DNA of 64,000 bases from the human T2T-CHM13v2.0 reference genome, Homo sapiens. The translations under genes were made by a program, and so were the position numbers. The first letter of the stretch is position 1. Every line of letters begins with the position of its first letter. The stretch lies in NCBI RefSeq assembly GCF_009914755.1, contig NC_060937.1; one strand, given 5' to 3'. The notes beneath the pieces are model-generated. The model was not told the DNA's origin and did not search any database. It saw only the letters and a program-made list of their open reading frames with translations. Below are positions 34,449-47,870 of the stretch, one piece after another.

Positions 34449-35530
34449 TATCGGGGGAAACCAGCCCCCGATGTTCCAACGTAGGTTCTTTTCTATTTCC
34501 CTAAGTGTTGGCTGGTCTGAGAAATAAAGGGAAAGAGTACAAAAAAGAGAAATTTTAAAGTTGGGTGTCCAGGGGAGGCATCACATGTCAGCACGTTCTG
34601 TGATGCCCCCCAAGCCACAAAACCAGCAAGTTTTTATTAGTGATTTTCAAAGGGGAGGGAGTGTACAAATAGTGTGTGGGTCACAGAGATCACATGCTTC
34701 ACAAGGCAATAAAATATCACAAGGCAAATGGGGGGCAGAGCAAGATCACAGGACCAGGGTGAAATTAAAATTGCTAATGAAGTTTCATGTCCCATTGGGC
34801 ACACATTGTCATTGATAACATCTTATCAGGAGACAGGGTTTGAGAGCAGACAACCAGTCTGACTAAAATTTACTAGGCAGGAATTTTCTTATCCTAATAG
34901 GCCTCGGAGCACTACGGGAGACCGGGGCTTATTTCATCCCTTATCTGTAACCACATGAGACAGACATTCCTAGAGTGGCCATTTTGGAGACCTCCCTCTA
35001 GGAATGCATTCTCTTTCTCAGGGCTGTTCCTTGCTGAGAAAAAGAATTCAGTGATATTTCTCCTATTCACTTTTGTAAGAAGAGAAATATGACTCTGTTC
35101 TATCCGGCCCCTCGGGCAGTCAGGCCTAATGGTTATCTCACTTGTTCCCTGAAAATCACAGCCATCCTGTTCCTTTTGGATGCCCAGATTTCATATTGTT
35201 CAAACACACATACTCTACAATTTGTGCAGATAACACAATCATCACAGGGTCCTGAGGCTACATACATCCTCAGCTTACGAAGATGATGGGATTAAGATAT
35301 TAAAGTAGAGAAAGGCATAGGAAATTATAAGAGTATTGATTGGGGAAGTGATAAATGTCCATGAAATCTTCACAATTTATGTTCAGAGATTGCAGTAAAG
35401 ACAGGCATAAGAAATTATAAAAGTATTAATTTGGAGAACTAACAAATGTCCATGAAATCTTCACAATTTATGTTCTTCTGTCACAGCTTCAGCAGGTCCC
35501 TCCGTTCGGGGTCCCTGACTTCCCACAACA
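34449..35530 (-). mobile_element. MER11 solo LTR (HERV-K11/HML-8)
   Basis: Minus strand begins TGTTGTGGGAAGTCAGGGACCCCGAACGGAGGGACC; 1082 bp; internal repeats; 6-bp TSD tgcctt/tacctt. Confidence 0.9.
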
Positions 35531-36049
35531 TACCTTCATATAGTTCCTGGTTAGTGGGGTAGCCAACAAATAAATCAGCAATTCCAACTTAATTTGATAA
35601 TATTTTGAAAAGACACTAAAAAAGTGCAACAGAGGAACACTTTGGCAAGGGGGAAACCACTCAATTTTTCTATAGTGCCTGTCTTCTAAAGGAGTGATCC
35701 CCTTTGTTGCTGTCTTTTTGTGTCAGCTTCAGTCTGGCAAAGATAGTAAAGTCCAAATCACCTCCTAGCAAAAAAAAAAAGAAAAAAAAAAGGTAGGTCT
35801 ATTTTTACTTCAAAAAGAAAACAAAAAATTAAAAGAAATACCAGCCCTAATGCACATAGGATATCTGAGAAAAAGAAAGCAGAACAATCTTTCTAACTTG
35901 GCTTAATAATACCTTTAATATCTTTATAATACCTTGCAGTACCTCTATACCTGCACTCAGATTGTCTTCCAAGTACTCTTAATGGTAGCCATGTGCACTT
36001 AAAAGGACTGAAAACACTTCACTTTATATAGGACTCTACAATTTGAGTA

Positions 36050-37700
36050 CAGTCATAAATTGATTCCACAAACATTTATTGATTCCACAAACACGTACTG
36101 GACCTCTACTATATCAAAGTCTCAATGAACTCAATGATGAAATCACAAAGACCTAATATTCTCAAGGGGTTTAGTGTCTAGTGAGTGATACTAGCAAGTA
36201 AATAGACAATTAAAATACAGTGTAAATGGTATAAGAGAAAATAGTGTCACATTACTTGGAAGCAGTCAGAAAAGCCTTTCTAGTGAAAGTTACGTTTTAT
36301 GCTCTGACCTGAAGAATGAGAAGGTGTTAGCTACTTAAAGAATGAAAAGGAAGAATGTGCCTGCAGAATGTGCCTGCAGAACATACGCAAAGGCCCAGAA
36401 GCAAAAAAAGAGAGCGTGGTGTTTTCAAGGAACTTAACGAAATTCAATTTAGCTGGATCATCGAGTGATCCACGGTTTGAGGTAGCCTGAGAACGGCTGG
36501 AAAAGTAATCAGAGGGCTGAGCATACTAGAGCCTGTAGAGCTGTTTTAAGGCACATGGAATTTTGGAGTGAGAGTAACAGAGAAGCACTGAACAGTTTTA
36601 AATCAGAGTAATAGGGTCAGATCTCATTTTAGATAAAATACACTGGCTACTGTGGAGAACAGGTTTTCAGCACTTCAAGTCAAGAAATAGATAAATATCT
36701 TTGTTAGAACTTTCTTCTCCTCCGTGGTCCCTGTTTCAGTTCCAATTTAGACAGTTCCAATGACCAAAATTTGCTCAGCACCAATTAACTAATGGGCCCT
36801 CAGTGGCTTTGGTGGTTTAGGCAGTGGAAAGGTCTGTCACACTACTCTGTGTCCCCTGGCCCAATCAGATATTCGGGGCTGCCTCTTTGAGGATTGTTCT
36901 AACACACCTCATCCTAGTAGCTACAGCAGCATCCACCACAGCTCTGGTGTTCAGGCACCACCTGACCAGACACACAAAGGCTTTGGCTACATAACCTGAA
37001 AGCATAAGATCTGACTTCTTTAGAAGCTGCAGAGAGGAGTTGAGTGGAATTCGTTTGAGGTCTTTCTGGGGTATTTCACTGGCCAATTGTTTACATGGAT
37101 CTGCTGTGTAGTAGAAAAAGCTGCACTCTATTTGTAGATTTGGGACACTTATAACTGAACCATTGGCATGAATGTGGTCACATAGGGTATGCAGAGAGAA
37201 GACAACCTTAGGGAAAGCTAGCATTCAAAACATGGAGAAAGAAAGGAGTTCTGCAAAGAATATTAAGAAGGCTTGCCCTAAGGATACAGGAGAAAACCCA
37301 GCAGAGTTTTTTGATTCAAAAATAAAGCAGTAAAACACTCTAAGATGCGAAATGCTGCTAAGAGGTTGAGTGAAATAAAGTCTTAAATGTGGCCTTTAGA
37401 TTTAGGAATAAATTTGGTCAAGTGAATTCTGATACTATAACAGAGAAATTTTGTTGGATGGTTAGGTTTAGAGAAATGTATTGTGATGGGTTGGTGGCTT
37501 GATTCACCCATTGAAAAAGATTGTAAAGTGGATCATACAAATGATGCAATGAACGAAGTGAATGGAAGAAAGATTTTCTATTTATTTCTTTATTATTTAT
37601 TGCTTGTTTTAAATTATAGAGGTTTGAGCAATCTCAAATACTTATGAAAAGGGGCAAGTAAAAAGAAAGAGATTGAATTTACAGAAAATAGAAGAGAGAA
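36050..37700 (-). mobile_element. Degraded L2 fragments (interrupted)
   Basis: cattta-type 3' end followed by L2-like purine-rich blocks. Boundaries approximate. Confidence 0.55.
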
Positions 37701-37754
37701 TTTGCTGGTAACTAACAACCCACTTACCCTAAGCCATGACTGGCCCATAAATAT

Positions 37755-38036
37755 ATTTTGTTTGTTTGTTTGTTTTGTTTTTTGTTTTGTTATTGTTGTT
37801 TTTGAGACAGAGTCTCATTCTGTTGCCCAGACTGGAGTGCAATGTCTTGATCTAGGCTCAGTGCAACCTCTGCCTCCCGGGTTCAAGCTATTCTCTTACC
37901 TCAGCTTCCTGAGTAACTGGGATTACAGTTACTCATCATCATCCCTGGCTAATTTTTGTATTTTTGTAGAGACGGGGTTTCACCATGTTGGCCAGGCTGG
38001 TCTTTAACTCCTGACCTCAGGTGATCCACTTGCCTT
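37755..38036 (-). mobile_element. AluS, 5'-truncated
   Basis: (TTTG)n tail; ends gtgatccacttgcctt; flanking atttgtttgttt on both sides. Confidence 0.85.
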
Positions 38037-38209
38037 ATTTGTTTGTTTTAAGACCACAACATATTTTAAAGAGAGAGAGATTGTAGGAATTTAGGCATCA
38101 CCTGAAAATGTGGAAGATTTGGCATCTACTGAGCCCATAATTCTGTATGAAGGAGCTATGGTAGCCAACAGTTACATATCTCTTTCAAAATGAGTAAGTA
38201 CAGTTTCCT

Positions 38210-38538
<329 letters not shown>

Positions 38539-38969
38539 CTATTCTAAATTGGTATGTGTGTATGTGTGTTTGAATTTGTTCAGGCTGAAATATAAAATAG
38601 TGATAAAGTAATTACAGAATATGCCTGAATGTGCAGAGAGATATGGATTCAGAAAATTTAAGAATTTTAACAGAAGTGAAGAAAGATAAGCCAGGGGATT
38701 CAGTTAACTTTCTACCTGTTTTTGTCAGAAGTTGAGAAACTCTATCCTAACGGTATTTGTGCTCTCTGAAGCTCGGGCAAGGTCTTTTATGAGAGTAAAG
38801 GGAAGTTCATTCCTGAAAATCTTGATAACAATATGTAGGAACAGAACTAAAGAAAATGTATTTGTAAGGACCTGTATCATCATGATATTTTAATTATTTT
38901 ATTTTATTTTATTATTTTATTTATTTAGAAGAAGTTTAGAAAAACTGTTACTATTACTACTACTACTAC

Positions 38970-39095
38970 TACTAAATGCATTCATGGAGCACTTCTGATA
39001 TTCCAGACACCATTCTAAACTCTATTAATGAATTACTCTATTTAATCTTCATAATAAGCCTATGAATTGAAGATTATTATTCTCCTCATTTCACT
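38970..39095 (-). mobile_element. MIR
   Basis: tttaatcttcataataagcctatgaattgaagattattattctcctcatttcac. Confidence 0.6.
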
Positions 39096-40859
39096 TCTTT
39101 AAAAGATGATTGTATCAATTATATAAAATGCCAGGTTTTACACTGAAAAATGGAAATTTCTCAATTTGATGAACTTTGGGACCATTATCTCTTTTAAATT
39201 TCTAGTAAGTAGGATTTGTAAGCTAAATCTCCTTATCCTTAATCCATTATTAATTCTAATAAATATTGAAATTTTATAAGAAACTTGACTACCACTAAAT
39301 ATTCCTGAAGGCATCATCTATAAACTAGCTAAGCATTTCACTTTATATCACCTAGGTTTAAATTAATTTATGAGCCACTGGAACGCATAACCAAAGTCAT
39401 GTATTTTCTAATGATACTTCATCATCATTAGATAGTTTAAAAGTCACTCCATCGACACATGGGTATTTGTGCTGGATTATCTTCTCTGCCTAGAATTCTC
39501 AAATTGTAAAAACAATACTTGATTAATACAAAAATATTCATAAATTATTAGGAATAAATACTAAAACTAACATACAAGAGTAATATGAATCTATAATTTG
39601 ATAATTCCCTAGGAAGATAGATAAATAGATCAATTATAAAACATACAACTGCTCCAAGCTTAACATTTTTAAACAGAATGTCTGTATATGTTTTCTTTCT
39701 CAAGAAGTTTAGTATTAGCTGTTTTTCTCACACTGATTTCCGTGTGCACATAAGGAAGCAGATGTTTTCTATGTGCCCGATGTGCAATATTATCAGCAAT
39801 AATGTCATTAAAAATAATTAAAGAACCAAATACCATAGAGAAATAAGAAGTTACCCTTTGCATGTGGCTTAAAGGAGCAGTGGCTTATTGAATGATACTA
39901 TTAAACTACTATTAACTGAATATTTATATTTAATACCTTATGTTATTTTTCTTCATCACTCTGTGTTATAAAAGAGTGCACTGTAAAACCGTGAACTACA
40001 GAGAGTTGACATTTAAAACACACAGTCAGCTTTTCCTGGGGAAAGGGGAAGACTAATGAAGTACTACTACATGGCACGACCTTGGCGTTATAAGTAATTT
40101 GTTTCATATCTGTTATTAGGGATTCTTGTTTGTCAAATTAAGAGGTGCTTCCCCATTTGGACAATGAGCCAAATTGTAGATATAAGAACAGTTGATTAAA
40201 ATTGGTGATGCAGTAATAGAGGGCACTTATGCTTTGAAGCTTAACATACAGCTTTCTCCATGATGCTTGGGGAGACCATTCTCCTCTCCATGTGAGCACA
40301 AAGCTCCCCTTGATGTCAATGGGAGTTGCATTTCCATGACGAGAAGAAAATAGGCTTGCTAAAGTTAATTACCAGACTGATTTTGGTCTCCTTTTAATGC
40401 CCTGTTTATTGGCAATAGAAGCCTGATGTGTGGCTCACTTTGTTCCTCACCTGATTTTCCAAGGTAGGGAACAGAAAGCAAGTGTAAAAAGGTAGAATCT
40501 GTGAATAGGTATACCTAGAACACGTGAAAGGAATTCAGCACTTTTATTTAACAGCAGAGACTTTCACTAGATTTCCCAGTAACTCTGATGAGGTTGTATT
40601 CACCCTAAACTTGTGTGTCATTTTAGACTATGTTATTTTTATCTCAAGACTGAATAGCACAATTGCTACACATTTAATTAATAACATATTTGAGCCAACA
40701 TATAAGTACATCAAACATTGAGTAAATAAAACTCTAAGTAGAAAGAGAATCTTCATTGCAGAACTAGTTAATAAATCATTTTATTGCTGTTGTTTAAAAA
40801 ATGGCAGTTTATCATTGAGATCCAGAATCAAAGAGTGCTTGAATTTTTCATAAGAAGAG

Positions 40860-41110
40860 GTGATATCACATAGTAGTTGAAGCCCAGACTCTACACTCAG
40901 CCTAGTAGGCTGGCAGTGTTACTTATTCACCCTAGGATCTTGAGTAGATACATATAGTCTTCCTGTATCTCAGTGTTCTCATCTGTGACAGGGTGACACA
41001 AACAGCATATCTTTTTAAAAAGCATGAGAAAATTAAATTAGCTAATACTGGTAAATCTGTTGAACTGTGATGAACATAGAATAAATAAGTGCTTTAATAA
41101 ATGTTAGTTG
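40860..41110 (+). mobile_element. MIR
   Basis: catagtagttgaagcccagactct...tctcagtgttctcatctgtga...aagtgctttaataaatgttag. Confidence 0.65.
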
Positions 41111-42333
41111 TTATAATTGTTAATGAATCAATAAGGTAAACCTCACTGCAGAAGATGTTTATATGGTGTAGAAAATAAAGAACAGCAAACAGTTTTGCTA
41201 TATATCCATGTTTCAGTCTGAGAATTGTGCAGCTAGGTAGATTTTTGTTTTCTAGGAAATAATACTCTTTCTCATGATGTGTATGACGGACATCTCTGTT
41301 AATTATTCTGAAGATCTCTGGGCTCTGCTGAAACCCGCACTATTTCTACAGCTGTATGGGATAATCCCAACCAAAGGTAAATAAAACCCTAATTTTAAAA
41401 ATACATTGTACATCAGGTATGTCACATTATAAAACTCAGATTAATCAACTAGTAAATATTCCAACCATCTTTTGTAATCTCTGCCATAACCAGGGATAGT
41501 GGCCCTTTAGATCCTAAACATAATTTCATTAGAGATGCTTTAAACAGGCAGAGAGGAATAAAGACCCATCATTGAGGCTGGATGTGTATCAATTTTGCGT
41601 CACAGGGATATGGTCATCCTAGCTATGGCAACCAAGGTAATTATTTTCTCCTTTTGAAACTGTAGGCTTTTCTAAAAGAAATATTCCTTTCCATAATCAA
41701 ACAGGAGAATTGGATAGCAATAGGAAACTTGATGATATAAGCTGCCTAGGGGTCGATCAGCATAGATGCCATTATTATAATATTTCCCAAGGGCTGGAAC
41801 TTGTAAACAGGGTTACTTAAGTGATATATAATTTAACATTTAAAAATATTACTCTAAGTGAAGTAAAAATATGTCTTATGTAGAATTTTATATAGTTTAT
41901 ACAGTGTGAATCATGATTTATATAAACTATTACTTAAAATGATAAGTTAGAAAAATATGAGTCCATTTAAAAGTATTAAGTTACTAATGTCCATTTGTTA
42001 TCAGGCTTTGGAGAAAATTGTAATAGTGGCATGTGATCCACTGAGATGTAAAAATATATTTTACTTATTCAACTGGTAAATGGCATGTTTTTTGATTGTT
42101 GTCTATTTGATAGTTTTTCTTTAGCTTTCAATAATCCCAGAATCAAATGGATGGTCCATTCCTGGAAAGTGTGCAGAGTTGGTGACATGAGTTGATACAT
42201 GGCACATACACACACAAACCTACACATTCCCTCGGGCTTAATTTTCTGTTACTTTTATTTTTCTGTGATGTGTGGAGTTTTGTGGGGTTTTTAAAGTGAT
42301 CTAAAATCTCTTTGTGGTAGAAATAAAATACTC

Positions 42334-42631
42334 TTTTTTTGTTTGTTTTGAGACAGAGTCTTACTCTGTTGCCTAGGCTGGAGTGCAGTGGCATGATCTT
42401 GGTTCACTGCAACCTCAGCCTCGCAGGTTCAAGCAATTCTCCTGCCTGAGACTCCTTGGTAGCTGAGATTATAGGCACCCACCACCAACCCCGGCTAATT
42501 TTTGTATTTTTGGTAGAAACAGGGTCTCGCCATGTTGGCCAGGCTAGTCTCGAACTCCTGACCTCTGGTGATCCACCCACCTCGGTCTCCCAAAGTGCTG
42601 GCATTACAGGCATGAGCCACCACACCCAGCC
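42334..42631 (-). mobile_element. AluS
   Basis: Full dimer. Confidence 0.9.
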
Positions 42632-43299
42632 ATAAGATGCAGTTTTAAAATGACACCTGCTATCACCTTAGCCTTTTTCTGTAAGGCTGATGGCCAGAAT
42701 AGCATCTCCTGGGTGAAGGTGCATAGCAGTGGGATGGGGATGTATAGTGAATGCAACAGAGTCTAAAGGAGGCTTCTGTGATCACCTCAAGTCATGAAGT
42801 ATCGAGGAAGAAACTATTACTTATCAAAGTAGCAGTCACACACCACAGTCAATGTGATGTGCAAATTTCCAGGTATACGGAAAGAAACATGAATTCTACA
42901 AAAGAAAAGTGCAAGTTAAAAATAAAAATTAATTTCATTATCAGTACTTTCTTCCAAAGCAGCAAGTTTCTAGAAAAACATTAACTTTGCTCTTGAAAGT
43001 TACTGAATTTTATTGAAGTCAACGGTTCCCCTGGGGGCAAATGGACAAATTCCAGCAACTAGATGGAAGGGAATAAAAAAGAACAATTGTGGAAAGCAAA
43101 ATATTTCGGTTGTTTACAAATAATACATTTTGTTAGAATTTTCCCATCACGTAACATGAAAGGAAAGTAATGTTATATTTATTGTTATAAGGACCTTATT
43201 ATACATCTGAAAATTGGGCTATTGCCCAAGTAGAATCAATTTCTTCCTATTTCATGTAGACACTCTGTAAAAATAAAAAGGCTAAGATTTGGGGTAGTG

Positions 43300-43558
43300 G
43301 TTCATTCATTCACTCATCAAATATATATTGAGCATCTGCTTGGTACCAGGCATGATTCTAGGGGCTTGGAATACATTAGTAAACTAGAGTTTATCTTTCA
43401 GTGGGGGAAGATAATGAACAATAAGCATTGTAAATGAATAAGTAAAGTATAGCTATGTTAGAATATGTTCAGTGCTATGGGAGAAGAAAAGGAAACTAGT
43501 TTGTAAATAGGATTGTTAATGCTGGAGAAGTAATTCCAACTTTAAAATGCAGTGGTCA
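43300..43558 (-). mobile_element. L2a 3' end; continues at 46820-47870
   Basis: cattcattcactcatcaaatatatattgagcatctgc... Confidence 0.7.
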
Positions 43559-43886
43559 GGCCCAGGTACGGTGGCTCATGCTTGTAATCTTACCACTTTG
43601 GGAGGCCAAGGCAGGTGGATCACTTGAGCTCAGGAGTTCAACACCAGCCTGAGAAGTGTGGCAAAACCCCATATCTACTAAAAATACAAAAAAACAGCCA
43701 GGCATGGTTGTGTGCACCTGTGGTCCCAGCTACTCGGGAGGCTGTGGTGGAAGGACACACTTGAGCCCGGGGCAGGGGGCAGCAGTTGCAATGAGCCATA
43801 ATTTTGCCACTGCACTCCAGCCTGGGTGATAGAGCAATACCCTGTCTCTAAAATAATAATAATAATAATAATTTAAATAAATAAAT
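43559..43886 (+). mobile_element. AluJ-like with (AAT)n tail
   Basis: TSD aaatgcagtggtca/aaatgcagtgatta. Confidence 0.85.
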
Positions 43887-43904
43887 AAATGCAGTGATTA
43901 GATA

Positions 43905-46530
43905 CGTTAACCCACAAAACAAGACTAAATACATTTAAATAGTTTGAAATCATACAAATTATATTTTCTGACAACAATAAAATGAAACTAAAAATAATAA
44001 TAGAAGGAAAACTCACAAGTATGTGAAAATAAAACAACATACCCTTAAACAACCAATGTAACAAAAATTAAATCACAAAAGAAACTAGAATATATTTAAG
44101 GATGAGTAAAAATGAAAACACAACATATCAAACATATGGGATGAAGTGAATGTGCTTGGAGAAAAATTTGTAGCAATATAAATTAATCTTAAAAAAAAGA
44201 TCTCAAGTAATAAATTAATGTTGGACCATGAGGAGACAGAAAAAGAGAAAATTAAATGCAAAGCTGGCAGAAGGAAGGAAATAGTAAAGATCAGAACAGA
44301 GATAGATAAAACATAAAATAGAAAAACTATAGTCAACAAAGCCAAAAATTATTTCTTTGAATAAATGAATAAAATTGACAAAATTTAGCTAGACTGACAA
44401 AGAAATAAAAAAAGAAGACACAGTTGATGAAAATCAGAAATGAAAGGGGGAATGTTATTGCTGACTCTACAGAAATAAAAAGAATTACAGGAGAATAATG
44501 TGAACCAATGGATACTAAACAATTAGGCAGTCTAGATAAAGTTAAAAAATTCTTAGAAGCACATATATTACCTAAACTGACTTAAGAAGAAATAGAATGT
44601 CTCAAAAAACCTATCAAAAGAGATTGAATCAGTATAATAATTTAAAACTTCCCAAAAAGGAACAGTCAAGGAACAGATAGCCTCACTTGTGAATTTTTCC
44701 AAACATTTAAAGAAAAATTAATGTCAATACGTCTTGATTTTCTCCAGAAAACAGAAGAGTAGGGAAGATAATTTATACCATTTTATGATGCCAGAAACAC
44801 CCTGATACAAAAACTACATTAAAAATCACAAAGAAAGAAAAATATAGGCAAATATCTCTTATGAATATAGAAGCAAAAATCCTCAAAAAATACTAGGAAA
44901 TCAAATCCAATATTGTATTAAAATTAATCATTAAGCCACGACTAAGTGTGATTTATCCCAGGAAGGCAAGGATGGTTCAACATAAGAAAATCAATCCATG
45001 TCATATGATACATTAGTAGAACAAAGGGGAAAAATAAACAATCATCTCAACTGATACAAAAAAGGAAATTGACAAAATCAGCATGCAAAAGAATAAAGCC
45101 TTACCTTACACTGTATACAAATGTTAACACAACATAGATCAACAGCATTAATATAAGAGCTAAAACATTACAATATTTAGAATAAAACATAGGGGCAAAC
45201 TTTTATGACTCTGGATTTAGCAATGAATTCTTAGATATGACATAAAAATCATGAGTAATAAAAGAAAAAAGTAAATAAATTGGACTTTGTTAAAATTTAA
45301 AAATTTTGTGCATCAATAGACATTATCAAGAAACTGAAAAGATAAAAATGAGAGAGAACAGTTGTAGACCATATATCTGATATCAGGAGTAAATATCCAG
45401 AATATATAAAGAGCTCCAAAAACTCAACAACAAATAGACCACACAATTAAACACAGGCAAACAACTTGTATAGACTTTTCTCCAAATAATATACACAAAT
45501 AGATCAATATCCTTAGTTATTTGGAAAATTAAAGCTACAATGAGATACCACTTCACACCTGCTAAAATGGTTATTAAAAACAAACAAACAAACAAAAATG
45601 AGCACCAGCATGGGCAACATAGTGAGACTGTGTCTCTAATAAAAATTTAAAAATTAAACAGGCATGGGGGTGCATGCCTGTAGTCCCAAATACTTCAGAT
45701 CCTGAGGTGGCAGGATCAACTGAGCCCAGGTAATTGAGGCTACAGTGAGCCTTGATCATACCACTGCACTCCAGCCTGGGCAATGGCCTGGCTAACAGAT
45801 TTTCCTCTCTCCAAAAAAGAGAAAAATAAGTGTTGGTGAATATGTAGAGCATTGGACCTCCACACATTGCTTCTGGTAATGTAAACTAGGCCAGCTACTG
45901 GAGAAAACAACTTGACAGTTCCTCAAACAGCCAAACAGAATTACCATATGACCCAGCAATTCCATTTCAAAGTATATGTCTGCAAATTAGAGAAATTCAC
46001 AAACAAAAACTCAAAGAGGTACTTATACACCGATGTTCATTGCAGCATTGTTCACAATCATCTAAAGGTATTAATAACGCATGTCCATTAACAGATGAAT
46101 GAATAAACAAAATATGATTATGATTATATATGTATATATTATATTTATATATTATATATTTATATTATATATTATATATATAATTCAGCCATAAAAAGAA
46201 ATAAATTTCTGATACATGACATAATACAGATGAACCTTGAGAACAAGCATTATGTTAAGCAAATAAACTGAACTCAAAATGGCAAATATTGTACATTTTT
46301 ACAGATATAAAATATCTAGAATATGAAAATTCATAAAGACATGAAGTACATTAGAAGTTACCTGGAACTGAGGATAGGGGGAAATGGGGGTTTACTGCTT
46401 AATGGTTATAGACTGTGTTTGGAGTAGTAAAAAGTTTTGAAATAGTGATAATGATTGCACAACATAGTGAATGCAGTTAACTCCACTGTATAGCACACTA
46501 ATAGTTAACATGGTTAAAGTAGCTAAAATG
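43905..46530 (+). mobile_element. Old L1M (L1MB-like) with an internal deletion and an Alu fragment at ~45603-45790
   Basis: A-rich ORF2 remnants (atttatcccaggaaggcaaggatggttcaacat; gagataccacttcacacc) and an L1MB-type 3'UTR. Confidence 0.8.
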
Positions 46531-46810
46531 GTGATAGATAAATATGTAGGGAGAGAAAGAGAGAGGGAGGAAGATGGAGATGGAGGGAGGAAGAAAGGGA
46601 GATAGAGATGATAGACAGATATAGATAGATACATATAAATAGATATAGATAGATGATAGATATAGATAGATGATAGTAGATGATAGTGATAGAGATAGAC
46701 ATAGAGATAGAGAGATAAGATAGAGATAGAGATAGATAGAGAGATGAGATAGAGATAGAGATAGATAGATGAGATAGAGATATAGATAGATAGAGATGAT
46801 AGAGATATCT
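46530..46810. repeat. (GATA/GAGATA)n purine-rich simple repeat
   Basis: Directly visible; source of the low-complexity ORF 46392-46814. Confidence 0.9.
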
Positions 46811-46819
46811 TCACAATAA

Positions 46820-47870
46820 AAAGAATGAAGGGTTGGTGCAGGCCTGAGGGTGAAGATTGTATTTAAGCTAAGACTTGAAGCTAGGAAAGGAGTTCTTTAC
46901 AGATATCTGAGAAGCCTATTTCCAGCAGAGGAAAAGCTGATGCAAATAACCTGAGGCAGACACATGCCTGCATGTTTGAGGAGCAATGAGGAGCCAATGG
47001 ATCATAACAGGGTGAGAAAGACAGGTCATAAAACATGAGATTAGTGAGAAGAGGGGCATCCACACTTTATTTGCCTTGTAGGACAACATAAGGGCTTTAA
47101 TTTTCATTCTGAGAAAAACAACTGACTCTTGGAGTATTGTGAGAAGAGGAAGGATGTCTGGCTTACCTTTGTTTTAAGAGGATCTCTCAGGCATGCTTAG
47201 AATAGACTAGATGGGAGAAGGTTACATGAAGAAGACCAGTTAGAAGGAGAGCAGTTAGGAGACCCATAATAATCCAGAAAAAGGATGATAATACTTAGCC
47301 CAATTGGCAAGAGGAACTATTGAGACATGGTCAGATTGGATGAACTTTGCAGTCAGAAAGAGAAAGATGTTCCACAAGTATGAAAGAGAAGAGATAAAGA
47401 TAACTTTAAATTTTCTGGCCTGAATATCTGATAGAGGTGCCATTAACTAGGAAGTTGGAAGACTGGGTGCAGTAGCAGACATGTGTGTGTGTGTGTGTGT
47501 GTGTGCGTGTGTGTGATGTGAGAGATTATGAGTTATGTTGGATATGTTAATTTTGACTCATCTTGGAAATGTCCAAGTATACTTGTTGAAAAGGGATTTG
47601 GATCAGAAGTTCTGATGTTTAGGGGAGGGGTCCAGACTGGAATACGAGCTTCCCAAGAGAGTAAGTGTAGATAAGAAAAGAAAGGAAGCCAAGGAACTGA
47701 GCCTTGGACCTTATAAAACATTCAAATAAGTCATAAGCAAAGGAGAAACTAACCAAGAAGCCTGAGAAGAAATGGCCAGTGAAGTAAGAGGAAATCAAAA
47801 GATTGTGGTTTCCAGGAAGCCAGGGGGAAAAAAAAAATGTTTCCAGGAGGAGGAAGTTCAACTATGTGCC
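46820..47870 (-). mobile_element. L2, continuation
   Basis: catgcctgcatgtttgaggagcaatgaggagcc; agaagaaatggccagtgaagtaagaggaaatc; contains (TG)n at ~47482-47515. Confidence 0.7.

Noticed and set aside
35285-35480. Spaced direct repeats resembling an array
   Set aside because: Internal tandem repeats intrinsic to MER11; not CRISPR-like, and this is primate DNA.
46392-46814. 140-aa S/I/Y/L-rich ORF
   Set aside because: Translation of the (GATA)n simple repeat.
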